This document shows positions 47,548-56,739 of a DNA stretch of 64,000 nt, piece after piece. The stretch is from assembly GCA_036511745.1 (NCBI GenBank), contig DATCBQ010000126.1, positions 2,780 to 66,779 of the forward strand, written 5' to 3'. The stretch is from Rhizomicrobium sp. (lineage in GTDB: Bacteria; Pseudomonadota; Alphaproteobacteria; Micropepsales; Micropepsaceae). A model generated the notes under the pieces. That model was given only the letters and a program-made list of their open reading frames with translations. It made no database searches and was not told where the DNA came from. The translations under genes and the position numbers were made by a program. The stretch's first letter is position 1; each line of letters starts with the position of its first letter.

Positions 47548-48912
47548 ATGGATCGCCCGCCCGTGAATGACGCTACCGCCGGAGAAACCACTCCGCTGCT
47601 TTCGATTATCATTCCAACGCGCGAGCGCTGTGAGTATCTGGTGTCCTGCGTGCGCAGCGCGCTGGCCTGCAGCGATTCAGAAATCGAAATCGTCGTCAGC
47701 GACAACGCGAGTTCGGACGATACGAGGGCGGTCGTCAAATCATTCGACGATGCGCGGCTTGTCTATGCCAACCCCGGTACGCGCGTGCCCATGCACGATA
47801 ATTTTGAGTTCGCCCTTTCCAAGAGTCGCGGCCGCCATGTCATGTTCATCGGCGATGACGACGCTGTTCTGCCGGAACGGATAAGGCGTCTGCTGGTGCT
47901 GCTGCGCGATAAGCGGCCGCAAATCGTCAACTGGCACCCCCCCAACTATGTCTGGCCCGGTGGGGCCAATGGTGACCACGGGCTACTGACGCTAAAACCA
48001 CTCCATCTGAGGGGCGGACAATCGAAACGCGATGCGCGCGAGCGGCTTTGCAGCCTCGCGGACGGCTCGCGTGAAAGCTACCGCTTTGGAGGCGCAAAAA
48101 TCTATCACGGCTGCGTCGACCGGAAAGTCATAACGCAGGTCATCGCCCGCGCCGGCAGGTATTTTTTCGTTCCGTGGCCCGACGTTGGCGCCGCCATCGC
48201 CAATCTTTTTGTCGCCGACACCATTCTTGTACTCGGACAGCCCTGCACGCTTGGAGGCGAATCTCGGGCAAGCAATGGCTGGGCGCAGCGGTTTCAGGAA
48301 TCGCAGCATGATCGGGACAATCCGCATGTCGCGTTCGTGCAGGAAAACCTCACCCGGACAGGCTCGGGGGCGGTGGATTCGCGAATTCGGCCCATTGCAG
48401 CCCTGACGTTTTTCACCCTTGCCGAGGCTTTGCGCAGAATGGGCGGGGAAAAGCCGCCCCGCCTCAACACGCGCGCATGGATTCCCATGCTGGAATCGGA
48501 ATTGGCGAGTGTCCCCGAGCCGGCGCGATCCGAACAGGCCGATATCGTCGATGCAAGTCTGGCGAGCATCGGAGTGGCGCCGCTGGATCGCAACTGGTCG
48601 TCCAAGGGAAAACACAAATCGGCGCGCTTACGTCCGCCGGTTCGCCGTCACAGGTTGCTGCCCGATCGCATGGGCATCGTCTCGCGTCCCGGATTGTGTG
48701 GAAACGTCTTCGATGCGGCACTTCTGACGGATCGCATTTTGGGTAGCGCTTCCGACGCTGAACGCAGGGGCAATATTGCGCTGGCCGGCGCATGGATGGG
48801 GGCGCTCCGGCGGGCCGCAGGAATTGTCGGCAGCCGGGCGAAGACTGTCCAGGTTTTCGGTGACCATGTCGCTGTGGCGCACAACTCGTTTCCCCATAGG
48901 GCCGGCAAATGA
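47548..48912 (+). CDS. family 2 glycosyltransferase with a long C-terminal extension
   Basis: LSIIIPTRERCEYLVSCVRSAL...EIVVSDNASSDDT is a GT-A/GT2 N-terminus with a DxD-like FIGDDDAV. About 250 additional C-terminal residues have no recognised family. Confidence 0.8.
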   Translation: MDRPPVNDATAGETTPLLSIIIPTRERCEYLVSCVRSALACSDSEIEIVVSDNASSDDTRAVVKSFDDARLVYANPGTRVPMHDNFEFALSKSRGRHVMFIGDDDAVLPERIRRLLVLLRDKRPQIVNWHPPNYVWPGGANGDHGLLTLKPLHLRGGQSKRDARERLCSLADGSRESYRFGGAKIYHGCVDRKVITQVIARAGRYFFVPWPDVGAAIANLFVADTILVLGQPCTLGGESRASNGWAQRFQESQHDRDNPHVAFVQENLTRTGSGAVDSRIRPIAALTFFTLAEALRRMGGEKPPRLNTRAWIPMLESELASVPEPARSEQADIVDASLASIGVAPLDRNWSSKGKHKSARLRPPVRRHRLLPDRMGIVSRPGLCGNVFDAALLTDRILGSASDAERRGNIALAGAWMGALRRAAGIVGSRAKTVQVFGDHVAVAHNSFPHRAGK

Positions 48913-49682
48913 AGGTCGTTATCCTTGCAGGCGGTTTGGGCACGCGTTTTGCCGAGGAAACGCAATCGCGCCCCAAGCCGATGATCGAGATCGGGGGACG
49001 GCCCCTTCTCTGGCACATCATGAAAATTTACTCCGCGCACGGACTGAACGACTTCGTCGTCTGTGCCGGCTATCGCGGCTATATGATCAAGGAATATTTC
49101 GCGAATTACCGGCTTCACCGCTCCGATATCACGATCGATATAGGTGCCGGTGCGATCACCTATCACAGTTCGGACGCCGAACCATGGCGCGTCACCATCG
49201 TCGATACCGGAGAAAGCACCATGACGGGCGGCCGGATCAGGCGCATCCGCCCGTTTCTGAACGCGGACGAGATTTTTTGCCTCACCTATGGTGATGGGGT
49301 GAGCAACATAGACATCGGAAGTGAGATTGCCTTTCACCGCGCGCACGGAAAACAGGCGACGATTGCTGCCGTAACGCCGCCGGGACGATACGGGGCTCTG
49401 CAGCTGGAGGCAGGGCGCGTGGCGCATTTCGCGGAAAAGCCGCCGGGGGATAACGCGCATATCAGCGGCGGCTTCTTCGTGCTGAATGCGAAGGTCATCG
49501 ACCGCATCGGCGGTGACGACATGTATTGGGAGCGCGAACCGCTGGAAACTCTGGCAAAAGACGGAGAGCTCATGGCCTTTGTACACAATGGGTTCTGGCA
49601 GGCCATGGATACTTTGCGCGACAAGAACCGGCTCGAGGAACTTTGGGCGTCCGGCACGGCACCCTGGAAGACCTGGCGATGA
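48909..49682 (+). CDS. rfbF: glucose-1-phosphate cytidylyltransferase
   Basis: MKVVILAGGLGTRFAEETQSRPKPMIEIGGRPLLWHIMKIY...GFWQAMDTLRDK is a near-textbook RfbF/DdhA sequence. Confidence 0.92.
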   Translation: MKVVILAGGLGTRFAEETQSRPKPMIEIGGRPLLWHIMKIYSAHGLNDFVVCAGYRGYMIKEYFANYRLHRSDITIDIGAGAITYHSSDAEPWRVTIVDTGESTMTGGRIRRIRPFLNADEIFCLTYGDGVSNIDIGSEIAFHRAHGKQATIAAVTPPGRYGALQLEAGRVAHFAEKPPGDNAHISGGFFVLNAKVIDRIGGDDMYWEREPLETLAKDGELMAFVHNGFWQAMDTLRDKNRLEELWASGTAPWKTWR

Positions 49683-50746
49683 AAGGCGGCAGCCGAAAAC
49701 CGGATTCCTCGTTCTGGAAAGACAAGCGCGTTCTGGTCACCGGTCATACCGGCTTCAAGGGAAGCTGGGCGTCTCTGTGGCTGTCGCAACTGGGCGCCGC
49801 GGTAACCGGCTTTGCGCTTGCGCCGGAGACGAGGCCGAACATGTTCGGCCTTTGCACCGTCTCGTCAGGCATGAAATCCTCCATCGGCGACTTGCGGAAG
49901 CCGGACGAACTCAAGACCTGTATCGACAGGACACAACCGCAAATTGTCCTTCACCTCGGAGCCCAGTCACTGGTTCGGCAAGGCTATGCGTTGCCCCTCG
50001 AGACATTCGCGATCAACACGCTCGGCACGGCAAATCTGCTGGAAGCATTGCGGCTGGCAGCGACGCCTGAGGCCGTGCTCATCGTTACAACCGATAAAGT
50101 GTACGCGAACAGCGAAGACGGCCACGCTTTCCGGGAGAACGAAACCCTTGGCGGCGACGATCCCTATTCGGCTTCGAAGGCGGCGGCAGAGATCGTTACC
50201 CGTTCGTATGCCTGCTCGTTCCCTGGAAGCATGCGCGTCGCGACGGCGCGGGGAGGAAATGTGATTGGCGGCGGCGACTTCGCACCCGACAGGCTGGTGC
50301 CGGACGTCTGGCGCGCGGCGCAGGCGAAATGCCCGGTCGTCCTCCGATATCCGGATGCCACGCGCCCTTGGCAGCACGTGCTCGACTGCCTGAACGGCTA
50401 CCTGGTTTTCCTTGAAGACATGGCGACAGACAAGCCGCCGCCGCACGCGCTCAATTTCGGCCCCGACGAAGGCCACGCGCTGAGTGTTCGCACCATGGTG
50501 GAACGGCTGCAAAGCCGTTTGGGCGCGGAAGCTGGCTGGGAGCCGCAGTCGGAGGCGTTTCCAAAAGAAAAACAAAGCCTGCAATTGTGCTCCTCGCAGG
50601 CCAGAGCAACGCTGGGATGGCGCAATCTGCTCGATGCGGACACGGCCATCGAATGGACAGCCAATTGGTACAGGGCTCTTGTCGATGGCGAGAACATGGC
50701 CGCTACCACTGCGGCGCAAATCCTGTCGTTCTCAGCTCTCGCATGA
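49679..50746 (+). CDS. rfbG: CDP-glucose 4,6-dehydratase
   Basis: Contains FWKDKRVLVTGHTGFKGSWASLWL, the YSASKAAAE catalytic YxxxK and RPWQHVL. The ATG at 49679 overlaps the rfbF stop (ATGA). Confidence 0.9.
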   Translation: MKGGSRKPDSSFWKDKRVLVTGHTGFKGSWASLWLSQLGAAVTGFALAPETRPNMFGLCTVSSGMKSSIGDLRKPDELKTCIDRTQPQIVLHLGAQSLVRQGYALPLETFAINTLGTANLLEALRLAATPEAVLIVTTDKVYANSEDGHAFRENETLGGDDPYSASKAAAEIVTRSYACSFPGSMRVATARGGNVIGGGDFAPDRLVPDVWRAAQAKCPVVLRYPDATRPWQHVLDCLNGYLVFLEDMATDKPPPHALNFGPDEGHALSVRTMVERLQSRLGAEAGWEPQSEAFPKEKQSLQLCSSQARATLGWRNLLDADTAIEWTANWYRALVDGENMAATTAAQILSFSALA

Positions 50747-51984
50747 GCGGAAATCCCATCAGCGCGTGCCGTTATTGCGCCGCACCCCTGCACTTCAGCG
50801 TCGTCGATCTCGGTGCGCAGCCCTTCTCGAACAGCTACCCGCGCCCACACGAAATCGATCGGGAACGGCGCTATCCGTTGCATGTGCGGCTCTGTACGAA
50901 CTGCCTGCTGGCGCAAACGGATTTCGATGCGCTGCCGGAAGCGATATTTTCAGCCGAGTATGCTTACTTCTCTTCTTATTCCGCAACCTGGGTGGCGCAC
51001 GCTCGCGACTATGCTGCAGCGATGATTGCCCGATACGGACTCGGCAAAGACTCGATGGTCGTCGAAGTCGCCAGCAATGACGGTTATCTTCTGCAGCACT
51101 TTCTTTCCAGTTCCGTTCCATGTCTCGGCGTCGAACCGACGCAGGGAACAGCCAGCGTTGCGATGGCGAAAGGCGTACCGACGGAGATCGCGTTTTTCGG
51201 TGAGAAAACGGCGCGCAATCTTGTGGCGCGCGGCTACGCCGCCGACCTGATGGCCGCCAACAATGTGCTGGCGCATGTGCCCGACATTGCCGACTTCGTC
51301 CGTGGTTTCACCGTCTTGCTCAAGCGGGAAGGCGTAGCCACCTTCGAGTTTCCCCATCTGCTGGAGCTGTTTCGCAGGCACGCCTTCGATACGATCTATC
51401 ACGAGCATTACTTTTACTTATCGCTACACGCCGTTGACCGCATCTTTCTGAAATGCGGCTTGAGAATTTTCGATATCGAGAGACTCTCCACCCATGGCGG
51501 CTCGTTGCGGGCTTTCGCCTGCCGCAGCGCAGCAGCGCATCGTGAAATGCCATCGGTCGCCGATATCCGCAGAGAAGAACGTGAGGCCGGCCTCGCCTGC
51601 GCTTCGGGCTATGGCGGTCTGGAGTTGTCGGTGGCGAACATCAAGTCCGGCATCCGCTCGTTCCTGGACGCAGCACTGTCGCGCGGCAAATCGGTGGCAG
51701 CCATCGGCGCCGCTGCGAAAGGGAGCACGTTTCTGAATACCTGTGATCTGACCACGGAAGACATCGCGTTTGTCGCAGACGTCAATTCGCGGAAACAGGG
51801 GCGCGTGATGCCGGGAAGCCACATCCCGATCGTCGCGCCGGAGGAATTGCGTGCGCGCAGGCCGGACTACGTGCTCATTCTTCCGTGGAATCTCAAGACC
51901 GAAATTATGGATCAATTGGCCGATATCCGCAGGTGGGGTGGCCATTTCGTGGCGGCGATACCGCAACTCGAAGTCATTTCATGA
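50743..51984 (+). CDS. NDP-hexose C-methyltransferase (TylCIII/TcaB9-type, Zn-ribbon + class I SAM MTase + C-terminal domain)
   Basis: N-terminal CRYC...LCTNCLLAQT zinc-binding domain, the SAM motif VVEVASNDGYLLQ and a C-terminal domain ending in ILPWNLKTEI. The ATG at 50743 overlaps the rfbG stop. Confidence 0.8.
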   Translation: MSGNPISACRYCAAPLHFSVVDLGAQPFSNSYPRPHEIDRERRYPLHVRLCTNCLLAQTDFDALPEAIFSAEYAYFSSYSATWVAHARDYAAAMIARYGLGKDSMVVEVASNDGYLLQHFLSSSVPCLGVEPTQGTASVAMAKGVPTEIAFFGEKTARNLVARGYAADLMAANNVLAHVPDIADFVRGFTVLLKREGVATFEFPHLLELFRRHAFDTIYHEHYFYLSLHAVDRIFLKCGLRIFDIERLSTHGGSLRAFACRSAAAHREMPSVADIRREEREAGLACASGYGGLELSVANIKSGIRSFLDAALSRGKSVAAIGAAAKGSTFLNTCDLTTEDIAFVADVNSRKQGRVMPGSHIPIVAPEELRARRPDYVLILPWNLKTEIMDQLADIRRWGGHFVAAIPQLEVIS

Positions 51985-52544
51985 AGTTTGCGCCGCTTTC
52001 GATTCAGGGTGCTTATAGCATCGTCGCCGAACCCCATCGCGACGACCGCGGCGCGTTCGCCCGCCTCTATTGTCCGCAGGAGTTTGCGGCTGCAGGAATT
52101 GCATTCGCACCAACACAACTGAATCTGTCGACCAACTCCAGGCGTCACACCTTGCGGGGTTTGCACTACCGGATGTCGCCGTTTGCCGAAGCCAAATGCG
52201 TCCGGACGATTCAGGGGCGTGCTTTTGACGCGATCGTGGACCTCCGCCCTCAAAGCCCCACTTACAGGCGATGGACGTCTGTGGTGCTCGATCCGCAGTC
52301 GCTCACTGCCGTTTTCGTACCGGAAGGCTGCGCCCACGGATTTCTTACGCTCGAAGACGAAACGACGCTGCTGTATCAAATGGGCAAGAACTTCGCGACC
52401 GGATATGACCGCGGCGTGCGGTGGAACGATCCGGCGTTTGCCATTGCGTGGCCCGCGGCTCCTGCCGTCATCTCGGAGCGCGATGCGGGCTATCCGGACT
52501 TCGCGGATGACTTTCCAGGACAGGGAATCAATTCGCAGGCATGA
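51981..52544 (+). CDS. NDP-4-keto-6-deoxyhexose 3,5- (or 3- / 5-) epimerase, RfbC/cupin family
   Basis: 187 aa with HRDDRGAFARLY...LRGLHYR...KCVRTIQGRAFDAIVDLR...VPEGCAHGF, an RmlC-like fold. The start overlaps the preceding stop (ATGA). Confidence 0.8.
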   Translation: MKFAPLSIQGAYSIVAEPHRDDRGAFARLYCPQEFAAAGIAFAPTQLNLSTNSRRHTLRGLHYRMSPFAEAKCVRTIQGRAFDAIVDLRPQSPTYRRWTSVVLDPQSLTAVFVPEGCAHGFLTLEDETTLLYQMGKNFATGYDRGVRWNDPAFAIAWPAAPAVISERDAGYPDFADDFPGQGINSQA

Positions 52545-53446
52545 AACGCACGCTCGTCACCGGCGCCAGCGGATTGATCGGCCGGCACGTAGCCGAGGCA
52601 CTCGCACAGCGCGGGTTTGAAGTTCATGGCTGTTCGCGAGCGCCCGCGCGAACACCTGCCATTTCGATGCACCAATGCGACCTCCTGGATAGTCGCGCCA
52701 CCGAACTGCTGCTTCGCGAGATTCGACCGGACACGATCGTTCACTGCGCTTGGGTGACTACTCACGGCACCTACTGGCAGTCGCCGCAAAATCTGGAATG
52801 GCTGTCCGCCGGCGTTTTGCTTCTGCGTGCGGCAAGGGACGCAGGCATGAGCCGCTTTGTTGGCGTCGGGAGCTGCGCGGAATACGAAGCCGCCGGCGAC
52901 ATGGCGAGACATGAAAGCCGGTCTCCCATCGCGCCGACAACGCTTTATGGTTCTGCCAAGGACGCTCTGCGGCTGGCGGCGGAAAAAACTGCGGCCGAAC
53001 AAGGCTTCCAATATGCCTGGGCGCGCGTCTTCATGCTGTATGGCGCCGGAGAGCACCCCGATCGCTTCATTGCATCGCTCGCGCGCGCGATCGTATCCGG
53101 ACAGCCTGCCCTTATGTCGAGCGGCACCATTGTGCGCGATTATCTCGATGCGCGCGATGTCGGTACGGCTATCGCGATGTTGGCAGCCTCACCGCTCGCC
53201 GGAGTCGTCAACATCGCATCCGGCCACGGAATCACCCTGCGTGCCGTTGGAGAAAAACTCGCGAAGATTGCCGGGCGGCCGGACTTGCTCGTTCCAGGCG
53301 CCCTGCCTCCACGCGCCGGCGAACCGCAAACGCTTGTGGCAGACGTCGGCAGGCTTAGGGATGAATTGGGCTTTCGGCCATCCATCGCGCTCGATCGAGG
53401 CCTCGCGGACGTTCTGGATTACTGGCGCGTGCCTGGGAGTGCCTGA
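52541..53446 (+). CDS. NAD(P)-dependent epimerase/dehydratase family SDR, likely sugar 4-ketoreductase
   Basis: Contains TLVTGASGLIGRHV (the Gly-rich motif) and the YGSAKDA YxxxK. The start overlaps the preceding stop (ATGA). Confidence 0.8.
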   Translation: MKRTLVTGASGLIGRHVAEALAQRGFEVHGCSRAPARTPAISMHQCDLLDSRATELLLREIRPDTIVHCAWVTTHGTYWQSPQNLEWLSAGVLLLRAARDAGMSRFVGVGSCAEYEAAGDMARHESRSPIAPTTLYGSAKDALRLAAEKTAAEQGFQYAWARVFMLYGAGEHPDRFIASLARAIVSGQPALMSSGTIVRDYLDARDVGTAIAMLAASPLAGVVNIASGHGITLRAVGEKLAKIAGRPDLLVPGALPPRAGEPQTLVADVGRLRDELGFRPSIALDRGLADVLDYWRVPGSA

Positions 53447-53543
53447 GAAACAGTTCGGGGTATTGCCGTGTGCGGTTTGACTGGCTGGATTATATGACCC
53501 AAATATTCCGCCACAGCGCGGGCCCCTCACTGGAAGATCGACC

Positions 53544-54299
53544 GTGATCGTAAGCGTCGACACCGGGAAGCAAACCGTCAACGCGGACGGCAAAGAAATG
53601 CCGCTCTATTCGCGCGAGGGCTTCGAACTTCTTTCCAGGCTGTGGCTGAAAGTCGGATGGAATCAGAAGCACACCTATACGTTTTCCTGGCTCGGCATGC
53701 CGATTATCCAGTTGCCGGAAGACATGATTCGCTATCAGGAGCTGGTCGTCGCCCTGCGTCCCGACGTGATAATCGAAACCGGTGTGGCACACGGCGGATC
53801 GCTGGTATTTTCGGCGAGTCTATGCGCGCTCCTGAAAAAGGGGCGCGTTATCGGCATCGATATTGCAACGCGTCCGGTGAACCGCGAACGAATCCAGTCT
53901 CACCCAATGGCTCAGCACATTTCGCTGGTCGATGGCGATTCGACATCGCCGGAGGTGGTTGCGGAAGTTGGCAAACACATTCGGCCGGGAGACGTTGTGC
54001 TGGCCGTGCTGGACTCCAACCACTCCTACGCCCATGTCCTGGCGGAGTTATACGCCTACGCGCCACTGGTCACGAAAGGCTCGTACATCGTTGCCACGGA
54101 CGGGATCATGAAAGATTTGACCGACGTTCCCCGCGGCCAGAAGGAGTGGAACACAGACAACCCGGAAAACGCCGCCGCGGATTTTGCGCGTAACAATCCG
54201 GACTTCATCCTTGAAGAACCGCCCTGGCCTTTCAACGAGAGCGAGCTTGAAGTGCGGGTCACGCACTGGCCCGGCGCTTACCTCAAACGGATTCGCTGA
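53544..54299 (+). CDS. CmcI / cephalosporin-hydroxylase family methyltransferase (rhamnosyl O-methyltransferase-like)
   Basis: Contains FSWLGMPIIQLPEDMIRYQELVVALRPDVIIETGVAHGGSLVF...DSNHSYAHV, the PF04989-type signature. The start is the GTG at 53544. Confidence 0.8.
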   Translation: MIVSVDTGKQTVNADGKEMPLYSREGFELLSRLWLKVGWNQKHTYTFSWLGMPIIQLPEDMIRYQELVVALRPDVIIETGVAHGGSLVFSASLCALLKKGRVIGIDIATRPVNRERIQSHPMAQHISLVDGDSTSPEVVAEVGKHIRPGDVVLAVLDSNHSYAHVLAELYAYAPLVTKGSYIVATDGIMKDLTDVPRGQKEWNTDNPENAAADFARNNPDFILEEPPWPFNESELEVRVTHWPGAYLKRIR

Positions 54300-54309
54300 A
54301 CCGGTAAGA

Positions 54310-54960
54310 TCACGCGAGACGCGTTGCGATATCGCCATGTCCGCGCTCGCGGGCGAAATCGGCGGCGATTTTGCCGGCCGCGATCTTGCGTGTTCGGTCC
54401 GCACCCGCAGCGAGAAGCACGTCCACCGCATCCGCGAAACCGTTGCCTGCGGCAATCATAAGCGCCGTGTAGCCGCCCTTTTGTGCGATGTCAGGGTCGC
54501 CCGTCGCCGCGGTTAATTGCACAAACGCCTCTTTTCCGAGTCGCCGTCCCGCGCAAGCGGCATGGAGCGCAACATTGGCGTCGAAGGCGCGGCCCCATTG
54601 CCGGGCGTCCGCGCCGCGATCCAGCAGACACAGAAGCGCTGCGTCCTGCCCGAGAAACGCTGCGAGATGCAATGCAGTCCAGCCGTCGCCAGACAAGGTC
54701 TGCGCCGTCCATGGCGCTGCCGCAAGGCACGCTTCGATCCGGGCCACATCGCCCGTTGCCGAGGCTTCGTGCAGTGTCAGTTCGCCACGCTTGAGCGCTT
54801 CGACGCATTTCGCCTTTCCCCGATAGATGCAAAAGAGAAGAGGCGTTTCGCCGTTTTCGCTGACCGGAGGTACGCCGTTTGCGCATCGCGCCAGCGCCTC
54901 CACGAGCCCATCCGCGTCGTCCGCTTCCGCCAGGGCGAAAAGCGACTTGGTTTCCGTCAT
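54310..54960 (-). CDS. ankyrin repeat protein
   Basis: Four to five ANK repeats (GETPLLFCIYRG, DGWTALHLAAFLGQDAALLCLLDRGAD, GYTALMIAAGNGFADAVDVLLAAGAD). The start is the ATG at 54958-54960. Confidence 0.8.
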   Translation of the reverse strand: MTETKSLFALAEADDADGLVEALARCANGVPPVSENGETPLLFCIYRGKAKCVEALKRGELTLHEASATGDVARIEACLAAAPWTAQTLSGDGWTALHLAAFLGQDAALLCLLDRGADARQWGRAFDANVALHAACAGRRLGKEAFVQLTAATGDPDIAQKGGYTALMIAAGNGFADAVDVLLAAGADRTRKIAAGKIAADFARERGHGDIATRLA

Positions 54961-55136
54961 CGTCCGGACCTTTGATGCATCGCCCCCGAAGGGTTGCACG
55001 TAGAATTTCGACTTTCGACTTGAGGGTCAAATTGGGGGATCTCGCTACAAATAAGGACATGCAGATTTCTTTATATGATACTTGAAACCTTCATTCACGG
55101 CTGTTATACCCCGGCCGCAACGGAACGGAGCTCCCA

Positions 55137-56531
55137 ATGACCGACTACGCCGTCAAGGACATCACCCTGGCCGATTGGGGCCGCCGCGAAATCGACATCG
55201 CCGAAACGGAAATGCCGGGTTTGATGGCGACGCGGGAAGAGTTCGGAACCGTGCAGCCGCTCAAGGGCGCACGGATCGCGGGTTCGCTTCACATGACGAT
55301 CCAGACCGCCGTGCTGATCGAGACCTTGAAGGCGCTGGGCGCGGACGTGCGCTGGGCGTCGTGCAACATCTATTCGACCCAGGACCACGCGGCCGCAGCA
55401 ATTGCAGCCGGCGGCACGCCGGTATTCGCGATCAAAGGCGAGAGTCTCGAGGATTATTGGGAATTCACCCATCGCATTTTCGAATGGGCGGATGGCGGTG
55501 TCCCCAACATGATTCTGGACGATGGCGGCGATGCAACCCTTCTCGTGCATCTGGGCGCCCGGGCGGAAGCCGGCGATGCGGCGTTTCTCGAGAACCCTTC
55601 GAACGAGGAAGAAGAAGTGATGTTTGCCGCGATCAAGCATCGCCTCAAGCACAATCGCGGCTGGTATTCGGAGCTCGCCGCAAAGATCCGCGGCGTGACG
55701 GAAGAGACGACAACCGGCGTGCACCGCCTCTACCAGATGGAAAAGGACGGCAAGCTGCTGTTCCCCGCCATCAACGTCAACGACAGCGTCACCAAGTCCA
55801 AATTCGATAATCTGTATGGTTGCCGCGAAAGTCTGGTGGACGGCATTCGTCGTGGCACCGACGCGATGATGGCCGGCAAAGTTGCGATGGTTGCCGGCTT
55901 CGGCGACGTGGGCAAAGGCTCGGCGGCATCGCTGCGGCAGGCGGGTTGCCGGGTGATGGTTTCCGAAGTCGATCCCATTTGCGCGCTGCAGGCCGCGATG
56001 GAGGGCTACGAGGTCATCACGATGGACGATGCGGCCCCGCGCGCCGATATTTTCGTCACCGCGACAGGCAATGTGGACGTCATCACCCTCGATCACATGC
56101 GGGCAATGAAGCATCGCGCGATCGTCTGCAACATCGGCCATTTCGATTCGGAGATTCAGGTCGGCGCATTGCGCAATTTCAAATGGCACAACGTGAAGCC
56201 GCAGGTGGACGAAGTGGAATTTCCGGATGGCAAGCGGATCATTCTTCTGTCGGAAGGAAGGCTGGTAAATCTCGGCAATGCGATGGGCCACCCGTCATTC
56301 GTGATGAGTTCGTCATTCACCAACCAGACGCTGGCGCAGATCGAGCTGTACGCCAATCCCGGCAAATACGGGAAGAAAGTCTACACCCTGCCCAAGCATC
56401 TCGACGAGAAGGTGGCCCGGCTGCATCTCGAAAAGATCGGAGTCAGACTGACAAGGTTGACGGACAAACAATCGTCGTATCTGGGTATTCCGCAACAGGG
56501 GCCCTTCAAGCCGGACACATACCGGTACTGA
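55137..56531 (+). CDS. ahcY: adenosylhomocysteinase
   Basis: Full-length AhcY ([23 protein letters not shown], the [13 protein letters not shown] motif, and the C-terminal KPDTYRY). Confidence 0.97.
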   Translation: MTDYAVKDITLADWGRREIDIAETEMPGLMATREEFGTVQPLKGARIAGSLHMTIQTAVLIETLKALGADVRWASCNIYSTQDHAAAAIAAGGTPVFAIKGESLEDYWEFTHRIFEWADGGVPNMILDDGGDATLLVHLGARAEAGDAAFLENPSNEEEEVMFAAIKHRLKHNRGWYSELAAKIRGVTEETTTGVHRLYQMEKDGKLLFPAINVNDSVTKSKFDNLYGCRESLVDGIRRGTDAMMAGKVAMVAGFGDVGKGSAASLRQAGCRVMVSEVDPICALQAAMEGYEVITMDDAAPRADIFVTATGNVDVITLDHMRAMKHRAIVCNIGHFDSEIQVGALRNFKWHNVKPQVDEVEFPDGKRIILLSEGRLVNLGNAMGHPSFVMSSSFTNQTLAQIELYANPGKYGKKVYTLPKHLDEKVARLHLEKIGVRLTRLTDKQSSYLGIPQQGPFKPDTYRY

Positions 56532-56739
56532 GGCGCTTCCGCCGGCGATCTTTTCGCTCGAACACACGGGCATTTCTCGTCGAGGTCGGCGGCGCTTTGA
56601 AGACGCCTCTGCCCTGAAAACCCCATATCTGGTTTTTCACAATTTATTAACTACATTCCCTATTCCGAGTCGTGCTTGGCGCGTATCATTTTGATTCCAA
56701 AGTGATTCGTCCTCCGGGACGAAAGCCGGGGGCGAATAA

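Noticed and set aside
53494-53547. 17-codon upstream ORF (MTQIFRHSAGPSLEDRP) whose TGA overlaps the CmcI GTG start
   Set aside because: It has no RBS and no recognisable leader-peptide logic. The overlap could be coincidental. Noted only.
54961-55136. SAH riboswitch upstream of ahcY
   Set aside because: I could not find the conserved SAH-element core strings or the pseudoknot pairing. The region is mostly an A/T-rich promoter. A cmscan would be needed to be certain.
56655-56670. CtrA-box-like TTCA-N7-TTAAC upstream of the histidine kinase gene
   Set aside because: It carries one mismatch to TTAA-N7-TTAAC in an A/T-rich stretch, and such near-matches are frequent by chance. I found no supporting second site.
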